Positions 56,724-64,000 of a DNA stretch of 64,000 nt are shown piece by piece. The DNA lies in the NCBI GenBank assembly GCA_045863395.1, contig BTVJ01000014.1:75309-139308 (forward strand), in the 5' to 3' direction. Under the pieces are notes generated by a model that was not told the DNA's origin, made no database searches, and saw only the letters and a program-made list of their open reading frames with translations. The position numbers and the translations under genes are program-made. The stretch is from Myxococcales bacterium (GTDB lineage: Bacteria; Myxococcota_A; UBA9042; JABWCM01; BTVJ01). Position 1 is the first letter of the stretch, and the number at the start of each line of letters is the position of its first letter.

Positions 56724-58529
56724 CTAGCCGCCGCCCTGGGTCGCGTCAAGCGCCGTGGGCAGCGGCGTCACCACCAGCGGGGGGGGCACGTCGACCGACG
56801 CGGCGAGGCCGATGAGCAGCCACGCCACGTGGACGAGCCCGCCAGCGTGGAGGAAGCTGGCTCCCACCGACTGGATCGCCAGACCCGCCACCGCCGCCAG
56901 GAGCACGCCGGAGAGGAGCCGGTCCGTGGCGCTGCGACATCGGTGGAGCCCGATCCACAGGCGCCAGAGCGTGGCGGTGATCAGCCACAAGACTGCCGCG
57001 AGGCCCGCCAGGCCGAGCTCCGACGTGATCTGGAGGAACAGGTTGTCGAGGCGCGCCCGCGGGTCCCGGCTCTCCATGGGCGCATAGCGCCAGTAGGTGT
57101 GACGAAAGCCGTCCGGGCCCTTGCCGAGGAGCGGGCTCTCCTGCACCATGAGGAGCGCCGCCTTGCGGAGCCGCCTGTCGCTGGGATCGGGCACCGGAGG
57201 CAGGCCCGCGGCGCGCCTCACGACCAGTCTGTCCTGCTCGCTGCCAGGGCTACAGTCGAGCAGGTCGTTCGCCACCGGGTCGCACCGGAACACGGCCGCA
57301 GAGGTCGTCATGCGCTCATACCAGACACGGCCGTCCTCCACGACGTCCAGGGCCAGGATGTGAGGTCGCGGCGCCTCCGGGGCGGACACCATGATGCGGG
57401 TCGCCGCCTGCTCACCGACGGGGATGGCTGGCAGCCGACCCGCGACCGGGGTCTCTGCGACCAGGTCCCCCGAGGTGGCGTCGAACCAGCGGACCCCGAC
57501 CGACACAGGCAGCTCGCCTACGGCGCCCCAGGGGAAGGTCCCCGAGTTGGTGAGCACCACGGGCACCCGGTGGGAGCGCCCGGGGCGCATGGCGAGCTCG
57601 GAGGTGCTGGGCTGGATGATCGCGCCGTAGATGCGCAGGGACGGGCGCACGAAGGGCCGGGAGGCGGCCTCGGGGTCTGCGACGAGGAGCAGGGCGGCCA
57701 GCATGGGCAGGGTGACTGCGATGGCCCCGCGGCGCCACGGCGACGCCTCGACGACCAGCAGGCAGACGATGAGGGCCGAGACGGCGAGGGCGACCCAGGC
57801 GACCGCGCTCAGCGTTCGGATGGCCGCCGCGGCGAAGACGCAGATCAGGAGGAAGGCGCCCGTGGCCGTGGTCCGGTCCCTGGCCGCGAGATACCAGGCC
57901 GCCGCCAGGGCGGTCGCGGGGACCAGGAGCACGGCTGCCAGCGCCCCCGAGTCGAGCGTTGCCCGCAGCTCCAGGGGCGGGATCGGACTGCCGCCGGTGT
58001 TGCGGAAGGCGCCGAGGAGCGTCTCCAGGCCGTGTCCGGCCGCTACCTCGACGAGCCCGATGGCCGCGAAGGCGGCGGCGCCAGCCAGCAGGGCCGTGAG
58101 CAGCACCTCTCGCCGCTGCCGGCCGCGGATGACCACGGACACCGCGGCCATGACGCCCACCCCCTCCACGAAGTGCAGCGCCTGGAGGACGCTGGCCCGC
58201 TGGTGGTCGCCGGCGACTGCCGCGGAGAGGAGCGCGATGCAGGCGAGGACCATGGCTGGCAGGGCGATCTCGAAGGCGGGGAGGTGCCTGCGCGCCGGCC
58301 GCGCCAGAGCATGGGAGATGACTGCCAGCACGGCGACGGCGAGGCTGCAGACCCGCAGGGGGCTGGACACGAGCTGCGTGGACCCACCGCCGACGTCGAA
58401 CGGCAGGACGAACGCCAGCAGCACCAGCGCCTGCCACGCGAGGCGGTCCGCGACGCGCGCCGTCGTCTCCCGGATCGACGGCGGGAGGGTGCGAGACAGC
58501 CAGGATGCGGCGGAGGAGGAGGACGACAT
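56724..58529 (-). CDS. O-antigen ligase/Wzy_C-like membrane protein with an inserted Ig-like domain
   Basis: Multiple TM helices; PLLGKGPDGF; NLFLQITSELGLAG; insert V.LTNSG..W...PGE...LDVV.DG..W. Confidence 0.72.
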   Translation of the reverse strand: MSSSSSAASWLSRTLPPSIRETTARVADRLAWQALVLLAFVLPFDVGGGSTQLVSSPLRVCSLAVAVLAVISHALARPARRHLPAFEIALPAMVLACIALLSAAVAGDHQRASVLQALHFVEGVGVMAAVSVVIRGRQRREVLLTALLAGAAAFAAIGLVEVAAGHGLETLLGAFRNTGGSPIPPLELRATLDSGALAAVLLVPATALAAAWYLAARDRTTATGAFLLICVFAAAAIRTLSAVAWVALAVSALIVCLLVVEASPWRRGAIAVTLPMLAALLLVADPEAASRPFVRPSLRIYGAIIQPSTSELAMRPGRSHRVPVVLTNSGTFPWGAVGELPVSVGVRWFDATSGDLVAETPVAGRLPAIPVGEQAATRIMVSAPEAPRPHILALDVVEDGRVWYERMTTSAAVFRCDPVANDLLDCSPGSEQDRLVVRRAAGLPPVPDPSDRRLRKAALLMVQESPLLGKGPDGFRHTYWRYAPMESRDPRARLDNLFLQITSELGLAGLAAVLWLITATLWRLWIGLHRCRSATDRLLSGVLLAAVAGLAIQSVGASFLHAGGLVHVAWLLIGLAASVDVPPPLVVTPLPTALDATQGGG

Positions 58530-58621
58530 CTGGCGTCAACGGATACGCCATGGGCGTTCGCGCGTCAATGGCGCCCGGAGAGCGCGATATGGGCAGCGCC
58601 ACGAGTCCTGCGGAAGCGTCC

Positions 58622-58651
58622 TTGACCTGACCGGCTGGACGTGGGTAGAAA
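58622..58651 (+). promoter_or_regulatory. Candidate sigma70 promoter of the mevalonate operon
   Basis: TTGACC-N18-TAGAAA. Confidence 0.35.
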
Positions 58652-58682
58652 GCGCCGTGCCCGCGGACCTGGGAGGTGATGC

Positions 58683-59633
58683 GTGAGCGATGATCGGGGC
58701 CGTCGGGCGGGGCGAGTCGGGCGAGGAGACGCCTGCGGAAAGGCGATCCTCTTCGGTGAGCACTTCGTCGTCCATGGCCTCCGGGCCCTTGCCATCCCGC
58801 TGCCGACGCTTCGGACCCAGGCGCGGGTGGAGCGGCTCCGCCCTGGCGAACAGACGGAAGTGCACGCGGGGGCGGGACATCGAGCGTCCGCGATGCAGGC
58901 GATCGCGCGCGCCACAGACCTGCTCGGCCTGGAGGGGGCCTGGCGCCTCGAGACCGAGTCGACCGTCCCGTCTGGCTGCGGCCTCGGGTCCAGCGCCGCG
59001 TTCGCCGTCGCGATGCTCAGGGCGCTCCTGGACCACGAGGGCAGGAGCGAGCCCACGCAGCGCATCTCGACCATGGCCTGGGAGATCGAGAAGATCGCCC
59101 ACGGCACGCCGAGCGGTGTGGACAACACGGTCGTGGCACACGAGCGGGCCATCGCCTTCCGGAAGGGTACGGCGCCGGTCCTGCTCCAGTGCTCCGCGCC
59201 CCTCCACCTTGTCATCGCAGACTCCGGGCAGCGCCACCCCACCTCGGAGGCGGTGGCGCGGGTGCATGCCTTCGCGGCCGGGGCTCCGGCAGAGTTCGCG
59301 CGCATCTGCGCAGACGTGGACTCGCTGGTCGCCGGGGCTCTCGCCTCGTTCACGACAGGCGACTCCGAGCGCCTGGGGCGGCTCATGGACGCCAACCATG
59401 CCCTGCTTGCGCAGGTCGGCGTCTCGTCGCCGCTGCTCGACCGGCTGGTCGGCTGCGCCCGCGAGGCGGGAGCCCTCGGGGCCAAGCTGACCGGCGCGGG
59501 GATTGGGGGCAGCGTCCTCGCGCTGGCGTCCCCGGACCGGGTAGAGGTCGTCCGCGACGCGCTCCTCGCCGCCGGGGCCCGCTCGGCGTTCGAGGTGCGC
59601 CTGTGCCCGCCCTCGGGACCCCGGGAGTCATGA
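58683..59633 (+). CDS. mvk: Mevalonate kinase
   Basis: GKAILFGEHFVVHG, PSGCGLGSSAA, HGTPSGVD, KLTGAGIGG. Confidence 0.93.
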   Translation: MSDDRGRRAGRVGRGDACGKAILFGEHFVVHGLRALAIPLPTLRTQARVERLRPGEQTEVHAGAGHRASAMQAIARATDLLGLEGAWRLETESTVPSGCGLGSSAAFAVAMLRALLDHEGRSEPTQRISTMAWEIEKIAHGTPSGVDNTVVAHERAIAFRKGTAPVLLQCSAPLHLVIADSGQRHPTSEAVARVHAFAAGAPAEFARICADVDSLVAGALASFTTGDSERLGRLMDANHALLAQVGVSSPLLDRLVGCAREAGALGAKLTGAGIGGSVLALASPDRVEVVRDALLAAGARSAFEVRLCPPSGPRES

Positions 59634-60619
59634 TGAGCAGAACCGCGACCGCCGTCGCGCCGTCCAACATCGCCCTGGTCAAGTACTGGGGCAAGCGCGA
59701 TGGCGCCCTGAACCTCCCCGCCGCCGGCAGCCTCTCCATGACCCTGGCCGGGCTGACCACCCGCACGACCGTCACGTTCGGCGACCCTGGACCCGACACC
59801 CTCGTGCTCGGGGGGCGGGACGTCCCCGCCGCGGCGCTCGGGCGCATGCGGCGCGTGCTCGACGCCGTCCGGCGCGAGGCGGGGCTCACCGGGGGGGCGC
59901 GGGTGGTGAGCGCCAACGACTTCCCGACCGGAGCCGGCCTCGCCAGCTCCGCGAGCGGTATGGCGGCCCTCGCCGTCGCCGCGGCGGCGGCGGCGGGCTG
60001 GGACGCAGACACCCCCACCCTCAGCCGCCTCGCCAGGCTTGGCTCGGGCTCCGCCTGCCGCTCTGTCATCGGCGGCTTCGCCGAGTGGCTGCCCGGGGAG
60101 CGCCCCGACGGCCTCGACTCCTACGCCGTGCAGGTGGCGCCGCCGGAGCACTGGCCCCTGGAGCTGCTGGTGGTGGTGGTGGAGGAGGGCCCGAAGCCCG
60201 TCTCGTCTGCCTCCGGCATGGAGTCCACTGCCGCCACGTCCCCGTTCTACGAGGCCTGGATCGCGTCGGTGGGGCCGGACCTGGCCGCGGCCCGCGCCGC
60301 CCTGCTCGCGCGGGACTTCGACGCCCTCGCGCGCGTCGCCCAGGCGAGCGCCGTCCGCATGCATGCGTCCATGATGACGGCGGACCCCATGCTCCTCTAC
60401 TGGCGTCCCGCAACGCTGGCGGTCATGGAGGGCGTCGCGGCGCTGCGAGCCGCCGGCACCCCGGCCTTCTTCACCATCGACGCGGGCCCGAACGTCAAGG
60501 TCGTGGTGCCCCCGGGCCTTGGCGGTCCCGCCGCAGCCACCCTCGCGGGGCTGCCCGGAGTGCGGCGCGTGCTGCGCAGCGGCCCCGGCCCCGGCGCCCA
60601 CCTGGTCTCGGCCCAATGA
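59630..60619 (+). CDS. mvaD: Diphosphomevalonate decarboxylase
   Basis: NIALVKYWGK, GLASSAS, GSGSACRS, TIDAGPN; ATGA overlap. Confidence 0.96.
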   Translation: MMSRTATAVAPSNIALVKYWGKRDGALNLPAAGSLSMTLAGLTTRTTVTFGDPGPDTLVLGGRDVPAAALGRMRRVLDAVRREAGLTGGARVVSANDFPTGAGLASSASGMAALAVAAAAAAGWDADTPTLSRLARLGSGSACRSVIGGFAEWLPGERPDGLDSYAVQVAPPEHWPLELLVVVVEEGPKPVSSASGMESTAATSPFYEAWIASVGPDLAAARAALLARDFDALARVAQASAVRMHASMMTADPMLLYWRPATLAVMEGVAALRAAGTPAFFTIDAGPNVKVVVPPGLGGPAAATLAGLPGVRRVLRSGPGPGAHLVSAQ

Positions 60620-61638
60620 GCTTCGCCCGCTGCCCCGGAAAGCTGATGATCGCGGGCGAGTACAGCGTGCTCCGCCCCGGCGGCGCGGCGCTGGCGCTCG
60701 CGGTGGACGCGCCGCTGGAGGTCTCGGCGACCCCCGGGGACGCCGACCGGGTCACCTCCGAGGCGCTCGGGCTCACCGACGTTGCGCTGGGAGGGGACTC
60801 CCGCCTGTCCTTCATCGCCGAGGCGCTGGCGGTAGCGCGCCGCGTCGCGCCGGTGCCGCCGCTGACCCTCGACGTCGCCGGGCGCGCAGGTCAGGTGGAC
60901 GGCCGGGAGTCCAAGCTCGGCTTCGGCAGCAGCGCCGCGGTCACGGTGGCGACCATCGGGGCGGCGCTCGCCGGCCGAGCACCGCTGAACAGGGACCGGC
61001 TGTTTCGGCTCGCGGCGCTTGCGCACGCCAATGCCCAAGGGCGCGCCGGCTCCGGCTACGACGTGGCGACGCAGGTGCTGGGCGGCGTCGTGCTCTATAG
61101 GCCTCCCGCCGCCTCGCGGTGGGCGGCTGCCCCGGACGCCCTCGGGCCGTGGCTCGACGTGCCGTGGCCCGAGCACTGCGTCGAGCGCCTGCCATGGCCG
61201 GAAGGACTCTTCCTCACGGCATGCTGGGTGGGACAAGGTGCCTCGACGCGAGGCATGATGTGCGCCGCCCGGTCGGAAGCCGAAGAGCACCTCGATGCCA
61301 TGGCGTCACGCACGCGTGACGTGATCCGGGCGTGGAGAGAGGGGAGGGTGGCGCAGATCCTCCCCGCGCTGGACGCCGCCGAGGACGCGCTGCGCCGCTG
61401 GGACGCTGCCTCGGGTACCGGGGCGGTGACCTCGGCGGTGCGGGATGCGGTCGACCTGGCGCGCGCTGCGGGCTGTGCCGGGCGCACTTCGGGGGCGGGC
61501 GGGGGAGATTGCGTGCTGGCGTTCGCCAGCGAAGAGGGGCACCTGGATGCCGCGCGCGGCGCATGGAGCGCGGCGGGGCTGCATCCGATCACGATCACGC
61601 CGGACTGGACCGGCGCAGCGTGGTCTCCAACGCCGTGA
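60616..61638 (+). CDS. mvaK2: Phosphomevalonate kinase (GHMP family)
   Basis: PGKLMIAGEY, KLGFGSSAA, GSGYDVA, SGAGGGDC; ATGA overlap. Confidence 0.9.
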   Translation: MSFARCPGKLMIAGEYSVLRPGGAALALAVDAPLEVSATPGDADRVTSEALGLTDVALGGDSRLSFIAEALAVARRVAPVPPLTLDVAGRAGQVDGRESKLGFGSSAAVTVATIGAALAGRAPLNRDRLFRLAALAHANAQGRAGSGYDVATQVLGGVVLYRPPAASRWAAAPDALGPWLDVPWPEHCVERLPWPEGLFLTACWVGQGASTRGMMCAARSEAEEHLDAMASRTRDVIRAWREGRVAQILPALDAAEDALRRWDAASGTGAVTSAVRDAVDLARAAGCAGRTSGAGGGDCVLAFASEEGHLDAARGAWSAAGLHPITITPDWTGAAWSPTP

Positions 61639-61666
61639 CCGGCGGAGACCGGAGGTTCGAGGACCC

Positions 61667-64000
61667 ATGAGAAACAGATTCACAGCGATGGCGCTCGGCC
61701 TGGTGCTGGCGGCCGGGTGTGCACCGGATTCCACACTGGGAGATGGTGGCGAGGCGCTGGAGGGCGCGCAGAGCGCCCCGAAGCTGCTCCCGGCCTACGA
61801 GACGGAGGCCGAGAAGCGCACGAGCGCCAAAGGCGACAGCTACGACGACTACCGCCTGGCACACCCCGAGTGGTACGCGATCACCGTCCCGCCCGCGAAG
61901 ACCTACCGCCACATGGTGGAGTGGGAGCCCATGCAGGAGCTGCTGCTCACCTACTCCAACTACACGAGCTCGGACGCCCCCGTGCGCAAGTCGATGATCG
62001 ACATCGTCGTGGCGACGGTGAAGACGGCGAAGACGAAGGTAGGCGTGATCTACCAGACGACCACGGCCAAGAACGACCTGACGGCAGGTTTGAAGGCCAA
62101 TGGCCTGACGGACGCGGACCTGGCGGGCTGGGTGACCTGGTATCAGATCGAGAACGACACCATCTGGCACATCGACTACGGCCCCCTGTTCCTGGTGGAC
62201 GACGCCGCGGGTTCAGTGGCGGTGGCCGACTTCCGCTACTACCACCAGCGCACCCTGGATGACGCGGTGCCGACCAAGCTGGCCCAGAACTACTTGGGCG
62301 CCACGACCTACCGCATGCCCTTCGACATCGAGGGTGGCACCTTCCAGGGTGACGGGAAGGGCACGTGCTTCACGGCGCAGCGCGCCCTCCAGTACGCGGG
62401 CGTCCCAGCGTCGACCCTCGAGAAGGTCTGGGGTGACTACGCCGCCTGCACCCAGGTGGTGATCATGAAGGACATCACGGACGACGGCACGGGCCACATC
62501 GACATGTTCTTCAAGCTGGCAGACCCGACCACGGCCATCGTCGGCGAGTACAAGGACCAGTACGTCATCGACGCAGTCAACAAGCAGCGCATGAACGACA
62601 ACGTGGCGCTGCTCAACAGCATCACGCTGGCGGGCGGAAAGAAGCTGAAGGTGGAGCGCATCCCGTTCCCCGCCAAGGCGTCGGGCACGCCGCGCACCTA
62701 CATCAACAGTACCTTCGTCAACGGCGTGAACCTCTGGCCTGTCTACAGCAACAGCAAGGACGCGGAGGCGGAGGCCCTGGCGAAGTGGAAGGCCATCATG
62801 CCGACCTACACCCACGTGGGTATCCTGGCGGACAAGCTGGCCTCCTACAGCGGGACGATCCACTGCATCACCCGCACGATCCCCAAGGGCTCCTATGCCA
62901 AGTGGGTGCCCAACGGCACGTGCAACGGCGGAAACTGCACCGCGCCGGCCGGCGGCTACGACGGCGAGTGTCTGGCCGCTGGCGGCGCTGCCTGCTGGGG
63001 CCCCAAGTGGATGTGCGAGTGCCCGGACTGCAACAACTGCGGCGGAACGTCCACGCCCGGCTCCTGCGTCGGCTTCTGCGGCGGCCAGTCCAGCGCGGGC
63101 TGTTACTGTGACACGGACTGCGTCCAGTACGGCGACTGCTGCGGCGACTACCAGGCGGTGTGCGCTGGCACCCCGACCGGCTGCAATGGCGTCACCTTCG
63201 AGGGCTGCTGCGAGGGCAGCACGCTCAAGTACTGCGAGAACAACAGCCTCCAGACCCTGAACTGCGGTGGCGGTGGTTGTGGCTGGAACCCGCAGGGGCC
63301 CTTCTACGACTGCAACCAGTCCGGCGCGGACCCGAGCGGCCAGCACCCCCTCCAGTGCGGCGGGGCCTGCGTGCCCAACTGCACGGGCAAGGTCTGTGGC
63401 GACAACGGCTGCGGCGGCTCCTGCGGCACGTGCGGCGCCGGCCAGAGCTGCAACGCCGGCAAGTGCGTGTCGGGCTGCGTGCCCAACTGCGCGGGCAAGG
63501 TGTGCGGTGACAACGGCTGCGGCGGCTCCTGCGGCACCTGCGGCGCTGGGCAGACCTGCACGGGTGGGCAGTGCACGGGTGGCGGCGGCGCCAACTCCTG
63601 CGTCGGCATCTGCGGAGGCCAGGCGTCGGGCGGCTGCTACTGCGATCCCCAGTGCGTCCAGTACAACGACTGCTGCTCCGACTACCAGGCGGCCTGTGGC
63701 GGGACGCCGACGGGCTGCGGCGGCGTGACCTTCGAGGGCTGCTGCGAGGGCACGACCCTCAAGTACTGCGAGAACGACACCATCCAGGGCGGGAGCTGCG
63801 GCCCCAACGGCTGCGGCTGGAACGCGGCGCAGGGGTACTACGACTGCGGCTACACGGGCGCGGACCCGAGCGGAAAGAACCCACTCCAGTGCGGCGCCTG
63901 CACGCCGAGCTGCGCGGGCAAGGCCTGCGGCGACGATGGCTGCGGCGGCTCCTGCGGCACCTGCGGCGCGGGCAAGTCCTGCCAGGCGGGCCAGTGCGTG
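61667..64000 (+). CDS. 3'-truncated lipoprotein: agmatine/peptidylarginine deiminase domain plus Cys-rich repeat region
   Basis: Not in the ORF track (no stop before the window end). ATG 61667 after GAGG; MRNRFTAMALGLVLAAG-C; EWEP, WHIDYGP, EGG, GHID (His 62495), YIN, GTIHCIT (Cys 62864); then somatomedin-B-like and CxPxCxGKxCGDxGCGGSCGTC repeats. Confidence 0.88.
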   Translation, partial: MRNRFTAMALGLVLAAGCAPDSTLGDGGEALEGAQSAPKLLPAYETEAEKRTSAKGDSYDDYRLAHPEWYAITVPPAKTYRHMVEWEPMQELLLTYSNYTSSDAPVRKSMIDIVVATVKTAKTKVGVIYQTTTAKNDLTAGLKANGLTDADLAGWVTWYQIENDTIWHIDYGPLFLVDDAAGSVAVADFRYYHQRTLDDAVPTKLAQNYLGATTYRMPFDIEGGTFQGDGKGTCFTAQRALQYAGVPASTLEKVWGDYAACTQVVIMKDITDDGTGHIDMFFKLADPTTAIVGEYKDQYVIDAVNKQRMNDNVALLNSITLAGGKKLKVERIPFPAKASGTPRTYINSTFVNGVNLWPVYSNSKDAEAEALAKWKAIMPTYTHVGILADKLASYSGTIHCITRTIPKGSYAKWVPNGTCNGGNCTAPAGGYDGECLAAGGAACWGPKWMCECPDCNNCGGTSTPGSCVGFCGGQSSAGCYCDTDCVQYGDCCGDYQAVCAGTPTGCNGVTFEGCCEGSTLKYCENNSLQTLNCGGGGCGWNPQGPFYDCNQSGADPSGQHPLQCGGACVPNCTGKVCGDNGCGGSCGTCGAGQSCNAGKCVSGCVPNCAGKVCGDNGCGGSCGTCGAGQTCTGGQCTGGGGANSCVGICGGQASGGCYCDPQCVQYNDCCSDYQAACGGTPTGCGGVTFEGCCEGTTLKYCENDTIQGGSCGPNGCGWNAAQGYYDCGYTGADPSGKNPLQCGACTPSCAGKACGDDGCGGSCGTCGAGKSCQAGQCV

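Noticed and set aside
62213..63346. 377-aa minus-strand ORF and short plus-strand ORFs at the right end
   Set aside because: Shadows of the stop-less deiminase CDS starting at 61667.

Overview
A very GC-rich bacterial chromosomal segment. The Cys-rich lipoproteins, a MYXO-CTERM-like tail and the mevalonate pathway suggest a Myxococcota/deltaproteobacterial lineage (inference). About 45 real CDSs are supported; most other entries in the ORF track are GC-driven shadow frames. Core loci: sufBCDSU-sufT, tamA/tamB-like, aminotransferase-tatD-tcdA, sucA-sucB-lpdA and mvk-mvd-pmk. Accessory or unusual content: several exported Cys-rich repeat proteins; a fibre-like protein with two fibrinogen-like heads; a lipoprotein agmatine/peptidylarginine deiminase with Cys-rich modules (missing from the ORF track, runs off the right edge); a MalT-like ATPase-TPR-wHTH regulator preceded by heptamer repeats at 11-bp spacing; a three-gene cluster (E2-like acyltransferase lacking the catalytic His, an unknown protein, a Tsr3-like aminocarboxypropyltransferase); an ECF sigma four-gene cassette; at least four apparently leaderless genes; and a ~127-nt imperfect hairpin lying between two divergent promoters. 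No tRNA, rRNA, CRISPR array, integrase or transposase was recognised. All family assignments come from motif recognition by eye, not from database searches.
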